A DNA stretch of 64,000 bases from Thermodesulfobacteriota bacterium (lineage in GTDB: Bacteria; Desulfobacterota; Desulfobulbia; Desulfobulbales; SURF-16), in the NCBI GenBank assembly GCA_040755455.1, contig JBFMAY010000003.1, positions 1 through 64,000 on the forward strand, written 5' to 3'. The position numbers were made by a program, and so were the translations under genes. Shown in pieces: positions 28,560 through 39,297 of the stretch (positions are counted from its first letter, which is position 1; every line of letters starts with the position of its first letter). The notes under the pieces are model-generated. The model did no database searches, was not told the DNA's origin, and worked only from the letters and a program-made list of their open reading frames with translations.

Positions 28560-29674
28560 GAATTATTTTCTGCAAATAATGCTTCGACAAATTCATCGGC
28601 ATCAAAATCCCTCAGGTCGCTCATCTGTTCGCCTATGCCGATGAAACGGATGGGGATGTTGAACTCACGGCAGATATTGACCACGATTCCACCCTTGGCG
28701 GTTCCGTCAAGCTTGGTCAGGGTAAGGCCGGTCACCTCAACCGCCTCACTGAACAGCCGTGCCTGGGAGATGCCGTTCTGTCCGGTGGTGGCATCGATAA
28801 CCAGCATCACCTCATGGGGGGCGCCGGGAATTTTCTTTTCCATGACCCGTTTGATTTTTTTCAGTTCTTCCATGAGGTTGACTTTAGTATGCAGCCGGCC
28901 TGCGGTATCAACAATGACCACATCGGTTTTCTTTTTTCTGGCGTGCTCCAGGGCATCAAATACCACTGCCGACGGATCAGCCCCGGACTGCTGGGCAATG
29001 ACATCCACCCCGATCCGCTCCCCCCATATCTGCAGCTGTTCCACGGCTGCGGCCCGAAAGGTATCGCCGGCTACCAGCATGACTGATTGACCGGACTTGA
29101 GAAATTTATGGGCCATCTTGCCGATGGTCGTGGTCTTGCCGACCCCGTTTACCCCGACTACCATGATGACAAAAGGTCCTTCCCGGGGCATCACCAGTTC
29201 GGCCGGGGCATCGGAGCTGTGGATAAAACGTGCGATTTTCTCCTTGAGCACCTTTTTTAATGCCACAGGATCACTGAGTTCATTTCGTTTGAGCTTTTCC
29301 CGGGCGCTGTCCATGAGTTCCTGGGTAGTGCCTACTCCAAGGTCAGCTGTTATGAGAATTTCTTCCAGATCATCAAGCAGCTCAGGATCAATTACCTTCT
29401 TGCCCAGAAACAGCTCATCAACCCGGCTGACAAATGAGCTTCTCGTCTTCGCGAGCCTCTCCTTGAGCCGGTTGAAAAGCCCACCAGCGTCCTCAGGAAG
29501 AATGCTGGTTGTTTTTGGTGACGGAGCTTCCCGCACCTCTTCCCGTTGCGCGGCAGGTACTTTCTCGACAATTGGCGGGACGGCAACGGCGGCCTTTTCC
29601 TCTTTTTTGTTCTCTTCGGGAACAGGCTCTTCCTTTTTGCCGATTTTCAGCTTCTTTTTAAACCAGCCCAGCAT
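28556..29674 (-). CDS. ftsY: SRP receptor FtsY
   Basis: [35 protein letters not shown]. Start placed at ATG 29674. Confidence 0.96.
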   Translation of the reverse strand: MLGWFKKKLKIGKKEEPVPEENKKEEKAAVAVPPIVEKVPAAQREEVREAPSPKTTSILPEDAGGLFNRLKERLAKTRSSFVSRVDELFLGKKVIDPELLDDLEEILITADLGVGTTQELMDSAREKLKRNELSDPVALKKVLKEKIARFIHSSDAPAELVMPREGPFVIMVVGVNGVGKTTTIGKMAHKFLKSGQSVMLVAGDTFRAAAVEQLQIWGERIGVDVIAQQSGADPSAVVFDALEHARKKKTDVVIVDTAGRLHTKVNLMEELKKIKRVMEKKIPGAPHEVMLVIDATTGQNGISQARLFSEAVEVTGLTLTKLDGTAKGGIVVNICREFNIPIRFIGIGEQMSDLRDFDADEFVEALFAENNS

Positions 29675-29713
29675 GGAACACCTCAATTTATTAATTATTT
29701 TTGTCAATTCATC

Positions 29714-31444
29714 TCATGAAAGTGTTGATCCCAACCAGACAGAGGCTGCAATCAGATAAAAATGGCTTTCGAGCCAGAATTCAAGGCGGATGCCCTGGAC
29801 CAGCTTTTTCTTCTCATAGAGACGGGTGAGCAGCAGTAATGACAGCACAGGGGCAAGCATCCAGATAGCGCTTTCTGCCGTCATGCCGACTGCGGTGAAT
29901 ACAATAAGCAATGCCGCTAACATGGCCATACTGCAGTAGAGAAGACGGATCGATTTTTTTTCCCCGATGCAGACCGGCAGGGTTTCCTTGCCGGCGATCA
30001 TGTCCCCCTGGACATCAAAGACATCAAAGAGCACCGTCCGGATAAAGACAAAGAGCCCGATCAGCAGGAACACGGACAGATTCCCCGGGGCAAAGGCGTT
30101 GCTATCCAGGGCCGGGATCAGCACGGTCACAAAGGACCAGGCCAGGGCCACAAAAAAGGTTTTGGAGCCGGGAATCTCTTTGAGTTTACGGACCCGGATG
30201 ATGTTGGTAATCACCTTGGGGAGGATGGGCACACTGTAAAGGATGCCGAGCAGAACCATGATGAGCAGCAGGACGAACTGCACCATTCCCTCCCGCAGGG
30301 CAAAATAGACCGACAGAACCAGGGCGAACCCGGACATGACGATGATAGGCAAGGAGTAATTGCGCCAGAAGGCCTCTTGTCGGGGGTCATTGAGTCTTTT
30401 GGTCTTGTAGTCAGCATAGCGGTTCAGATTATGAATGGCAAAGAGATAGCCGAAGGCGACAAAGAAATCTCTGGCATCAGGTTGGGAATGCTGGAGGATG
30501 CTGCAGATCAGGGCAAGCAACCCTCCTGCCAGACTGATAAAAAGATTGGAGGCCATCACCGAGCGCAGAAAACTGAAGAGGAGAAAGGTGAAGAAACTGT
30601 CACTCTTGCCGGGACAAGACTCCAGGGCCCGCACGATACGGTTGATCATCCAGGTAGGGGTTGATGCTCCGGCCGTCACGCCGACACGGTCGAATTTGGA
30701 GATAACCCCGAAATCGAGATCCTCCTGGGTTTCGGCCATGAACACCTGGCAGCCCATCTCCTCGGCAATCTGGCCCAACCGCTGGGTGTTGGCACTGCCC
30801 CGACCTCCCACCACCACGATGGCCTGCACCTTTTTACAGAGGTTTCTCACCTCCTCCTGGCGTTTGTGGGTGGAGTCACAGATGGTATTAAAAACCTTGC
30901 CGTCAGGAAAACGCTCGATAATTTTACCGCTGAGCCGATTAAACGCCACTTCATCCTGGGTCGTCTGACTGACGATGATATAAGGTCCGCTGATCGTGAG
31001 GTTTTTCACATCGTTTTCATCGCTGACCACATGCACGGCAGGTTCGGCATAGCCCATGAGACCAACGACTTCGGCATGGTTTTTGTCACCGATGATGATG
31101 GTGGTGTAATGCTGATCCCGGTATTTCTTGATGATGGCCTGAACCTTCATCACCCTGGGACAGGTGGCGTCTTTTACATCCGCCCCGGCGGCAATAAGGC
31201 GCTGTTTCTGGGAAGGCGGCACGCCATGGGCCCGGATGATGACCGTGCCGGATAATTTCTCGGGGATTTCGGTGAGAATGTCGACACCCTGCTCTTTCAG
31301 CAGGCCGAGCACCTGTGGATTATGGATGAGCGGGCCGAAGGTGACAATTTTCCCTTGTCCCCTGTGCACGGTTTCCATGGTTGTTTCAACGGCCCGGCGC
31401 ACTCCCATGCAGAAGCCGGCCTTTTTGGCTAAAATGACTTTCAT
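29714..31444 (-). CDS. ispH: IspH (HMBPP reductase) fused to a UbiA-like prenyltransferase membrane domain
   Basis: GFCMGV, LIHNP, RAHGV, DATCP, SQTTQ, TICDST, TAGASTP, then about 290 aa multi-TM region with NRYAD..ND and DVFDVQGD Asp motifs. Confidence 0.92.
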   Translation of the reverse strand: MKVILAKKAGFCMGVRRAVETTMETVHRGQGKIVTFGPLIHNPQVLGLLKEQGVDILTEIPEKLSGTVIIRAHGVPPSQKQRLIAAGADVKDATCPRVMKVQAIIKKYRDQHYTTIIIGDKNHAEVVGLMGYAEPAVHVVSDENDVKNLTISGPYIIVSQTTQDEVAFNRLSGKIIERFPDGKVFNTICDSTHKRQEEVRNLCKKVQAIVVVGGRGSANTQRLGQIAEEMGCQVFMAETQEDLDFGVISKFDRVGVTAGASTPTWMINRIVRALESCPGKSDSFFTFLLFSFLRSVMASNLFISLAGGLLALICSILQHSQPDARDFFVAFGYLFAIHNLNRYADYKTKRLNDPRQEAFWRNYSLPIIVMSGFALVLSVYFALREGMVQFVLLLIMVLLGILYSVPILPKVITNIIRVRKLKEIPGSKTFFVALAWSFVTVLIPALDSNAFAPGNLSVFLLIGLFVFIRTVLFDVFDVQGDMIAGKETLPVCIGEKKSIRLLYCSMAMLAALLIVFTAVGMTAESAIWMLAPVLSLLLLTRLYEKKKLVQGIRLEFWLESHFYLIAASVWLGSTLS

Positions 31445-31447
31445 CGC

Positions 31448-32173
31448 CTATGATTTCACCCACACTCCGTCCTGCAGGAGAAAGTGTGGTTTGAAATTTT
31501 CCTTATACCGCATGGCCCGAACCTCACGGATGAGATACCCAAGGTAAACATTGCTGATATTGTTGTTACGGCACAGATTGATGAGATGCAAAATATTAAA
31601 GGTACCCGGACTGCGGCCGCTTTCGCCGGGATCAAAATAAAAATAGACGGCATTTACCCAGTTGCAGCCTATATCGACAATGCCGACCCCGATGAGACGC
31701 CCTCCGCACCGATACTCAATCTCCACCGTGTTGGTGATGGAATTGGCGAAAAAGGTGCCATAATATCCCACCGGCGAGTTGCCCTTAAAAGGAAAGCGCT
31801 CTTTGAGAAAACTGCCGCATAAAAAAAGTTTTTCCTCCGTTATCTTCAGCGGCCCCATGGAAACAGTCAGATCTTCGTTTCTGCGCAGCACCCTTTTTTG
31901 ATTTCTGTTGGGCGTAAACTCCCTGGAGTCGATCCTGATAGGAATACATTTCCGGCAATTTGGGCAAACCATATTGTAGATGGTGTTGCCGTTTCTCCGG
32001 AAGCCGGTCTCCAGAAATTTACCGAACAGATCATCAGGCAGCGAGACGAACTGCTGTTGCCGGTAAATCGCCCTCTTGGGCAGCCCATAGGGGCACTCCA
32101 CGGCAACATCATAGAAATACTTCAGATATTGGTCGATGGAGTATGATGCTGAACTGATATGCTTAAAAGACAT
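31448..32173 (-). CDS. Arginyl-tRNA-protein transferase-like (ATE/Bpt family)
   Basis: CPY, GFRRNG..CPNCRKCIPIR, NRNQKR, AVYFYFDP..RSPG, YLGY..MRYK. Start placed at ATG 32173. Confidence 0.88.
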   Translation of the reverse strand: MSFKHISSASYSIDQYLKYFYDVAVECPYGLPKRAIYRQQQFVSLPDDLFGKFLETGFRRNGNTIYNMVCPNCRKCIPIRIDSREFTPNRNQKRVLRRNEDLTVSMGPLKITEEKLFLCGSFLKERFPFKGNSPVGYYGTFFANSITNTVEIEYRCGGRLIGVGIVDIGCNWVNAVYFYFDPGESGRSPGTFNILHLINLCRNNNISNVYLGYLIREVRAMRYKENFKPHFLLQDGVWVKS

Positions 32174-32174
32174 C

Positions 32175-33593
32175 TCAAACCTTTGTTCCCTCCCTGCCGA
32201 AGTCATCGTCAAAGCGCACGATATCATCCTCGCCCAGATAGCTGCCGTTCTGCACCTCAATCAGTTCAAGGGGGATGACGCCGGGATTTTCCAATCTATG
32301 CCTCTCGCCGCAGGGGATGTAGGTTGACTGGTTCTCCAGCACCAGAAAAACCTTGTCGCCGCATGTCACCTTGGCCGTGCCTCTGACCACCACCCAATGT
32401 TCGGAACGGTGATGATGCATCTGCAGGGAGAGCTTCACCCCGGGATTGACGGTGATTCTTTTAATCTTGAAGGCCGTCTGTTCCTCAAGAATGGTGTAGC
32501 TGCCCCAGGGCCGGTAAACCGTGCGATGGAGGAGGTGCTCCTCCCTGCCCTCTTTTTTGAGGCGGGTGACAATTTTCTTGATCTCCTGGGACCTGTTTAT
32601 CGGCGCAACCAGCACCGCATCCGCGGTTTCAACCACCAGCATATCCCGCAGTCCGACAGCGGCGACCAGCCGATTTTCCGAGCGGACAAAGCTGTTGGCC
32701 AGATCCTCGACAAGTACGTCGCCATGCAGGACATTTCCATGGTCGTCCTTGTCGGCCACCTCCCAGAAAGCCTGCCAGGAGCCGATATCACTCCAGCCCA
32801 GGTCTGCTGGGATCACGGCAACAAGGGCCGATTTTTCCATCATGGCATAATCAATGGAATCATCGGGGCATCTCTGCATGCTCTCCCTGTTCAGCCGGAA
32901 AAAATCTTTATCCCGCGTGCCATGATCAACGGCCTCTGCCATGTGTTCGTAAATTTCAGGGGACAATTTTTCCATTTCCGCCAGAAAGGTGCTGGCGGTA
33001 AAGGCGAACATGCCGCTGTTCCAGAAGTAATTGCCTGCGTCCAGATACTCCTTCGCCTTTTGCAGATCCGGTTTTTCCACAAAGGACAGCACCCTGTTCC
33101 CCTCCCCCTTTTCTATATAGCCATAGCCGGTTTCCGGGGCATGGGGGGTGATGCCGAAGGTGACCAGCCGGCCCTGGACGGCCATTTCCGCGGCCTTGCC
33201 CACGGCCTCGCAAAAGGCCTGGGGCCGGCGGATGAGATGATCAGCCGGCAGCACCAGCAGGATAAGATCATCATCAGCGCGATCCCGACAGTAAAGGGCT
33301 GCGGCGCAGATGGCCGGCGCGGTATTTCTCCCCACGGGTTCGAGGATGATATCGACATGCCCGGCCGGGCTGAGTTCTTTTATCTGGTTCAAGGTGAGAA
33401 ACCGGTGCGCCTCGCCGACCACCACCACGGGCGACAAGGCATCGGGAAGATTCTCCAGGCGTTTCAGGGTGCTTTGCAGCAGGGAACAGTCTTCCGTCAG
33501 GTTGAGCAGCTGTTTGGGATAAAGCTCCCTTGACAGGGGCCAAAGCCTGGAACCTGAACCGCCAGCCAGGATGATCGGTTGAATGAGGGGCAT
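32175..33593 (-). CDS. manC: Mannose-1-phosphate guanylyltransferase / mannose-6-phosphate isomerase
   Basis: ILAGGSGSRLWPLSRELYPKQ, EPVGRNTAPA, FVEKP, WNSGMF, cupin RPWG..SLQMHHHRSEHW. Confidence 0.95.
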   Translation of the reverse strand: MPLIQPIILAGGSGSRLWPLSRELYPKQLLNLTEDCSLLQSTLKRLENLPDALSPVVVVGEAHRFLTLNQIKELSPAGHVDIILEPVGRNTAPAICAAALYCRDRADDDLILLVLPADHLIRRPQAFCEAVGKAAEMAVQGRLVTFGITPHAPETGYGYIEKGEGNRVLSFVEKPDLQKAKEYLDAGNYFWNSGMFAFTASTFLAEMEKLSPEIYEHMAEAVDHGTRDKDFFRLNRESMQRCPDDSIDYAMMEKSALVAVIPADLGWSDIGSWQAFWEVADKDDHGNVLHGDVLVEDLANSFVRSENRLVAAVGLRDMLVVETADAVLVAPINRSQEIKKIVTRLKKEGREEHLLHRTVYRPWGSYTILEEQTAFKIKRITVNPGVKLSLQMHHHRSEHWVVVRGTAKVTCGDKVFLVLENQSTYIPCGERHRLENPGVIPLELIEVQNGSYLGEDDIVRFDDDFGREGTKV

Positions 33594-33623
33594 AGTATTC
33601 TCCTGGAATGTAATTTTCTCTTT

Positions 33624-34814
33624 TCAATACAAGAAATATTTTTGTCGCGCATCATTAAATTGTTGCAGATCCTCCTGCCAGCTCTGCTCGAGCTGGGCAA
33701 TTTCCACTCCGTCCGCCAGGGCTTTTCTCACCTGTTTTGAGCCAAGGATGAGATCAATGGGCATTTTTTCAAACTCATATTCATAAGGGGGTTCCTTCAA
33801 GGAAAAATCTGCCGGATAGAGCTTTATAAAGGCCTGGAGCAGGGCCAAGGCGACACGATAAGGCTTGAAGGACAAGTGGTCGGTTACGTGCAGCTGAAAG
33901 CCATAACAGTTGTCGCCCGCCCATTTATTGGCGGTTGGCTGGAACATCAGGGGCCGCAGGAAACAACCGGCCAGCAGGGAGTGATCCAGAAATTTGTCAA
34001 CCTGACTCGGATTGAGAAAAGGCGCGCCAAAGAGTTCAAAAGGCAGGGTCGTGCCCCTGCCCTCGGAGATATTGGTCCCTTCCCAGATCACCTGGCCCGG
34101 GTAGACTGCCGCAGTGGCGGGGGTGGGCATATTCGGCGATGGGAAAAGCCAGGGCAGGCCTGTGGCGGCAAAGGTCATCTGCCGCTGCCAGCCTTGCATC
34201 GGGATGACCTGATAATCGGCATGGATGCCGAAATGGTCGTTGAACAGCAGCCCGAGTTCGCCGAAGGTCAGGCCGTGCCGCATGGGAATCGGGTAAAGGC
34301 CGACAAAGGAACGCAGTTCCTCATCCACCAGATTACCTTCAACATGCACCCCGTCCACCGGGTTCGGCCGGTCAAGTACCACCACCTTCTTGCCCGAGCG
34401 GGCCGCCTCTTCAAGGCAATAGGCCAGGGTGGACATGAAGGTATAGACCCTGGTGCCGACATCGATGAGATCAACCAGCAGCACATCAAGATGGCTAAAC
34501 ATCTCCGTGGTGGGCCTTCTCGTCTCGCCATAGAGACTGAAGACAGGGAGACCCGTCTGCGGGTCGCGGCCGTGGTCCGATTCGATCATGTTGTCCTGTT
34601 TTTCACAGAAGAAACCATGCTGCGGGGTAAAAAGACAGCTGAGCTGCCCAGGAAAGGCCTGGGCAATGAGATCACGGCTGTGGCGGCAGTAGCGGTCCGT
34701 TGAGGCCTGATTGCAGAGCAGGCCCAGCCGTTTGCCTTTTAGGAATGCCGGAGGGGCGGCTATGAGTTCCTCGACGCCCAGGCTTACCATTGTCTTTGAT
34801 TTCAAAAGTTCCAT
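33624..34814 (-). CDS. Exo-beta-N-acetylmuramidase NamZ (DUF1343) family
   Basis: PQHGF, PVFSLYG, DVGTRVYTF, LDRPNP, HGLTFGE, PSPNMP, SEGRGTT. Start may be 34790. Confidence 0.88.
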   Translation of the reverse strand: MELLKSKTMVSLGVEELIAAPPAFLKGKRLGLLCNQASTDRYCRHSRDLIAQAFPGQLSCLFTPQHGFFCEKQDNMIESDHGRDPQTGLPVFSLYGETRRPTTEMFSHLDVLLVDLIDVGTRVYTFMSTLAYCLEEAARSGKKVVVLDRPNPVDGVHVEGNLVDEELRSFVGLYPIPMRHGLTFGELGLLFNDHFGIHADYQVIPMQGWQRQMTFAATGLPWLFPSPNMPTPATAAVYPGQVIWEGTNISEGRGTTLPFELFGAPFLNPSQVDKFLDHSLLAGCFLRPLMFQPTANKWAGDNCYGFQLHVTDHLSFKPYRVALALLQAFIKLYPADFSLKEPPYEYEFEKMPIDLILGSKQVRKALADGVEIAQLEQSWQEDLQQFNDARQKYFLY

Positions 34815-34864
34815 GGGTTATAGTATTTTCCTGATTTTCAATATCATTAAAAAGGATCAGTATA

Positions 34865-35623
34865 ATGAAAATAGCAATCAGCGGCAAGGGTGGTGTTGGC
34901 AAGACAACAATTATGGGACTGCTTGCCAGACAGACGCAAAAAAGCGGCAGGGAGGTTCTGGTGATTGATGCCGATCCCAGCCCACACATGGCGCAGACTC
35001 TCGGGGTGGACAACGTTGCAGACATCACCCCCATCGCCGAGATGAAAAAAATGCTCACCGACCGCTCGGGCAAGGTCGAAGGTTCGCCATTTTATAATAT
35101 CAACCCCAAGGTTGATGATCTGCCCGCCCAGTTCATGCGTGAAAAGGACGGGGTCAAGCTGATGGTGCTCGGCGCGATTCAGACGGCTGAAGGAGGATGC
35201 GCCTGCCCGGAGAATACGGTATTAAAACGGCTGCTGACCAGATTGCTGCTCAACCCAAGCCAAACGGTGCTGCTCGATATGGAGGCCGGAGTGGAGCATC
35301 TGGGCCGGGGCACCATTGCCGGGGTCGATGCCCTGCTCATTGTGGTTATCCCCGCCACGTCAAGCGTGCGGACCGGTCTCAAAATCCAGAAACTCGCCAG
35401 GGAATCGGGTATTCCCCGTATTTTCTTTGTCGGTAATCTGGTTGATGCCGAGGAAGATGAGCTGTTTTTGACCAATGGCCTGGGGGAAAAACCCATTGTC
35501 TTTTTCCCCGACTCCAACAAGATCAGAAAGGCAGAACGGGCGGGAACACCGATTACCGAGGCCGACGAGGGAATGAACGGGGTTGCCGCCCGGCTTCTCG
35601 CCAGACTCACTGATGCAATCTAA
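34865..35623 (+). CDS. cooC: CooC-like Ni-insertion ATPase (MinD/ParA fold)
   Basis: MKIAISGKGGVGKTT, IDADP, GGCACPEN, DMEAGVEHLGRG. Confidence 0.88.
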   Translation: MKIAISGKGGVGKTTIMGLLARQTQKSGREVLVIDADPSPHMAQTLGVDNVADITPIAEMKKMLTDRSGKVEGSPFYNINPKVDDLPAQFMREKDGVKLMVLGAIQTAEGGCACPENTVLKRLLTRLLLNPSQTVLLDMEAGVEHLGRGTIAGVDALLIVVIPATSSVRTGLKIQKLARESGIPRIFFVGNLVDAEEDELFLTNGLGEKPIVFFPDSNKIRKAERAGTPITEADEGMNGVAARLLARLTDAI

Positions 35624-35677
35624 AAAATGTTCCGTGGATACGCGCCCCCTTCCAGATCAGTTGCATGGGCGCAAACA

Positions 35678-36196
35678 TCACCCGAAACACAGTCCGCAGT
35701 CCGGACAGACGGTGGTGGTGGTCTGGAATTCAAAGCCGCAGGCCGGACAGGTGGCATGTCCGGCCTCGGGATTGAAAACCGTGTCGCAGCTCGACAGGTC
35801 GTGATGATTCAAGGCGGTTGTCCGTTCAAGATGGGCCTGGACAACGGCAAAGGCGTCCGGCGCATCGGGCCTGCGCACCTGCAGAAGAAATGTTGACGGA
35901 CAGCAACCCTTCTTGCAGGAACTTCCTTCACCGGTGATCAGGTAGCCGATATTTTCCGCCCGCAGTTCCGGCTCCATGGCGCGGATCTCGTTGAGCTGCC
36001 CTTTATGAATGGCGACGATATCCTCGTCAGGACCGATTTCACCGGATCGGGAATTTTTTCTCTCATTGGCACGGTTTACTACGGCCAGCATGTCCGCGCC
36101 GCTCAGCAGGGCCACCCCGCACTCGGCGCACCTCTCAATTTCCGCTCGATACTCGTCGTTGCATTGCGGGCAATATTTTAATTCCGGGTCAATCAT
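35678..36196 (-). CDS. Hypothetical Cys-rich zinc-ribbon protein
   Basis: CPQC..CAEC, SCKKGCCP, CPAC..CPDC. RBS GGAG. Confidence 0.75.
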   Translation of the reverse strand: MIDPELKYCPQCNDEYRAEIERCAECGVALLSGADMLAVVNRANERKNSRSGEIGPDEDIVAIHKGQLNEIRAMEPELRAENIGYLITGEGSSCKKGCCPSTFLLQVRRPDAPDAFAVVQAHLERTTALNHHDLSSCDTVFNPEAGHATCPACGFEFQTTTTVCPDCGLCFG

Positions 36197-36229
36197 CTTT
36201 CACTCCACAACTTGATTTTTATACAAACC

Positions 36230-36258
36230 GGCATGGACTTTACGGAAAAGTCCATGCC
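36230..36258. terminator. Hairpin terminator downstream of hslU
   Basis: GGCATGGACTTT-acgga-AAAGTCCATGCC perfect stem. Confidence 0.65.
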
Positions 36259-36278
36259 TTTGATAAGCAGCAGCACTA

Positions 36279-37652
36279 TCACAGGATATAGCGGCTGAGG
36301 TCTTCGCTGTCGGAGATCTTGCGTAACTGTTTTTTCACATATTCCGCGGTGACCTCAAATTTCTGCCCGGCAAACTCCGGAGCATTGAAGGATACCTCTT
36401 CAAGTAGCCGTTCCATTATGGTATGCAGGCGTCTGGCCCCGATGTTTTCCGTTTTCAGATTTACCTCGGTGGCGATCCTGGCCATCTCCCGGATGGCCTC
36501 ATCCTGGAAGGAAAGATCAATGTTTTCCGTGGCCATCAGGGCAATATACTGTTTGATCAGGGCATTTTGCGGTTCGGTCAGGATGCGGTAAAATTCCTCC
36601 TCCCCCAGGGGATTCAGTTCCACCCGGATGGGGAAACGGCCCTGGAGTTCAGGCACCAGATCGGAGGGCTTGCAGAGATGAAAGGCGCCGCTGGCGATGA
36701 ACAGGATATGATCGGTTTTCACCATGCCGAATTTCGTCGTCACGGTCGCCCCCTCGACAATGGGCAGCAGATCCCGCTGCACCCCCTCCCGGGAAACCTC
36801 CGCCGAACTGACCGTCCCCTGACGGGAGGCGATTTTATCTATCTCATCAAGGAAAATAATGCCGGACTGTTCGGTCCTCTGGATGGCAAGCTTGGTGACC
36901 TTGTCCATCTCGATGAGCTTTTCGGATTCTTCCCTTTCCAGGATCACTCTGGCCTCGGCCACGCTAAGCTTGCGGCGCTCCCTTTTCTGCGGAAAAATCT
37001 TGCTGAACATATCCTTCATGCCGGAGCCCATGTCATCCATGCCGCTGCCTGAAAAAATCTCAACCAGGGGCGCGTTCTGGGACTGCTCAACCACCATCTC
37101 CACCAGCTTGTCGTCAAGCTTGCCGTCCCGCAGCATCTGCCGGAATTTTTCCCTGGTGCTGTTTTTCCCGGACACGGCTTCGCCTTCCGGTCCGGGCAGG
37201 GTGATCGTTTTACTGACCGGGGATGGTGATGGCGGCACCAGCAGATCAAGCAGCCGCTCTTCGGCCATGGCTGCAGCCTTGTCCTTGACCTTGGCCGTTT
37301 CTTCCTTTTTTACCATGTTGACCGCAAGCTGGGTGAGATCACGGATCATGGATTCCACGTCGCGGCCCACATAACCGATCTCGGTGAATTTCGATGCCTC
37401 GATTTTTAAAAAGGGAGACTGGGCAAGATGGGCGAGCCGCCGGGCGATTTCCGTCTTGCCGACGCCGGTTGGCCCGATCATGATGATGTTTTTCGGGGCG
37501 ATTTCATCCCGCAGCGGCGGTTCGACCTGCTGCCGGCGCCAGCGGTTGCGCAGGGCCACGGCCACGGAACGCTTGGCGTCTTCCTGGCCGATGATGAACT
37601 GATCGAGTCTGGTAACGATTTCTTTTGGGGTAAGGGAATGGGAAAGGGTCAT
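36279..37652 (-). CDS. hslU: ATP-dependent protease ATPase HslU
   Basis: [51 protein letters not shown]. Confidence 0.97.
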   Translation of the reverse strand: MTLSHSLTPKEIVTRLDQFIIGQEDAKRSVAVALRNRWRRQQVEPPLRDEIAPKNIIMIGPTGVGKTEIARRLAHLAQSPFLKIEASKFTEIGYVGRDVESMIRDLTQLAVNMVKKEETAKVKDKAAAMAEERLLDLLVPPSPSPVSKTITLPGPEGEAVSGKNSTREKFRQMLRDGKLDDKLVEMVVEQSQNAPLVEIFSGSGMDDMGSGMKDMFSKIFPQKRERRKLSVAEARVILEREESEKLIEMDKVTKLAIQRTEQSGIIFLDEIDKIASRQGTVSSAEVSREGVQRDLLPIVEGATVTTKFGMVKTDHILFIASGAFHLCKPSDLVPELQGRFPIRVELNPLGEEEFYRILTEPQNALIKQYIALMATENIDLSFQDEAIREMARIATEVNLKTENIGARRLHTIMERLLEEVSFNAPEFAGQKFEVTAEYVKKQLRKISDSEDLSRYIL

Positions 37653-38200
37653 ATTTTTTCCACAACAAGGTTGGTGTTGGTGTAAATGCAGATTTGCCCG
37701 GCTATCTCCATGGCCGCCCGGCAGATTTCCTCGGCCCCGAGATCACTGTGGCTGATCAGGGCCTTGGCCGCGGCCTGAGCATAGGGGCCGCCTGAGCCGA
37801 TGGCCAGAATGCCGTCGTCGGATTCGATCACGTCACCGGATCCGGATAAAATGAAGGAATGATCCCTGTCCGCGGCAATAAGCATTGCTTCAAGCCTTCT
37901 GAGCATCTTATCAGTACGCCAGTCTTTGGCCAGTTCAACGGCGGCCCGGGTGAGATTGCCGTTATACTGCTCCAGTTTGCCCTCGAGCTTGTCAAAAAGG
38001 GTAAAGGCGTCCGCCGTGGCCCCGGCAAAGCCGGTAAGCACCTTATTCTGATAAAGCCGCCTCACCTTTTTCGCCTGGTGCTTCATGATGGTGGTTCCCA
38101 GGGTTACCTGGCCATCGCCAGCCACCACCACCTCTCCCTTATGCCGGACACAGATGATGGTGGTCGACCGGATTATCGGCTGCGTGTCTTTGTTTTTCAT
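37649..38200 (-). CDS. hslV: ATP-dependent protease peptidase HslV
   Basis: [38 protein letters not shown]. Confidence 0.97.
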   Translation of the reverse strand: MKNKDTQPIIRSTTIICVRHKGEVVVAGDGQVTLGTTIMKHQAKKVRRLYQNKVLTGFAGATADAFTLFDKLEGKLEQYNGNLTRAAVELAKDWRTDKMLRRLEAMLIAADRDHSFILSGSGDVIESDDGILAIGSGGPYAQAAAKALISHSDLGAEEICRAAMEIAGQICIYTNTNLVVEKI

Positions 38201-38286
38201 TTTCTTCTTACCCGCTTATTGAATGAATTCGTAAAAAGTCTCATTGACCAGATCCGCAATCCGCATTCAGCAATTACAGATCACTC

Positions 38287-39225
38287 TCATCCCCGCCTGG
38301 CCTTGGGATGGGCGGCATCATACACCTCCATCAGATGGTCGATGTTCAGATGCGTGTACTTCTGAGTTGTTGAAAGACTGGCATGCCCCAGCAGCTCCTG
38401 CACGGAACGCAGATCAGCGCCCATCTCCAGCAGATGGGTGGCGAATGAATGCCGCAGAGCATGGGGGGTGACCTGGGACATTATACCGGCCCGGCCGGCA
38501 TAAAAGCTGACAAGCCGTTCGATGCTGCGGGTGGTGATCCTCCCTCCCCTGGCGTTTAAGAAAAGGGCGTCCTTTTCAGGGTTGTTGCCGCGCTTGGCCC
38601 GGACAGCCATGAGTTCCCCGCGCTGCGGGAGATATTTGTTGAGCATATCCAGGGCCGGATCACCCGTGGGAACAAGACGCTCCTTGTTGCCTTTTCCCGT
38701 TATCCTAATCATTCCCTCCTGAAAATCAACCCTGTCGATATTCAGGGCGGCAAGCTCCGCCACCCGCATTCCCGTGGCATAGAGCAGCTCCAGCATCGCC
38801 TTGTCGCGCATGGCAAAGGTGTCCCGGTCATCAGGCGCCTCAAGCAGTGAGAACACCTCGTCCACGGTCAGAAACACCGGGATGTATTTCCCCTGCCTGG
38901 GGGTGGAGACATGGGAAAATGGGTCCCTTGCCACGATTTTTTCTCTGAGCAGAAACCGGAAAAACGTGCGCAGGGCGGAAAGTTTGCGGGCCACGGAAGA
39001 ACTTTTGCAGCGCGAGTTGAGATGATACACATAGGAGCGGACCCAAAGAGGGTCGAGGGCCGCCAGATCGAGAGGTTCTTCGGCAAAGGCCAGAAAATCC
39101 TCCACATCCCGCCGATAATTGGTCATAGTATGTGGCGAATAGCCTTTCTCAACATCGAGCCATCCGACAAAGCGGGCCAGATAATCATCATTTGCCGGAG
39201 GTTTTTTGGGAAAGCTGGCGGTCAT
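38287..39225 (-). CDS. xerC: Tyrosine recombinase XerC
   Basis: RD.AMLELLYATGMRV, GKGNKER, PHALRHSFATH, LLGHASLSTTQKYT. xerC-hslVU context. Confidence 0.9.
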   Translation of the reverse strand: MTASFPKKPPANDDYLARFVGWLDVEKGYSPHTMTNYRRDVEDFLAFAEEPLDLAALDPLWVRSYVYHLNSRCKSSSVARKLSALRTFFRFLLREKIVARDPFSHVSTPRQGKYIPVFLTVDEVFSLLEAPDDRDTFAMRDKAMLELLYATGMRVAELAALNIDRVDFQEGMIRITGKGNKERLVPTGDPALDMLNKYLPQRGELMAVRAKRGNNPEKDALFLNARGGRITTRSIERLVSFYAGRAGIMSQVTPHALRHSFATHLLEMGADLRSVQELLGHASLSTTQKYTHLNIDHLMEVYDAAHPKARRG

Positions 39226-39297
39226 TCTTGCGTAATGGGCGATAGGATGTTAAATAAGTAATCTTGTTTTTTTAGTAAATAACACTTTCAGGATACT

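Noticed and set aside
38287..39225. Tyrosine recombinase as a phage or island integrase
   Set aside because: XerC-like sequence in the conserved xerC-hslV-hslU context, with no att site, tRNA or cargo genes.
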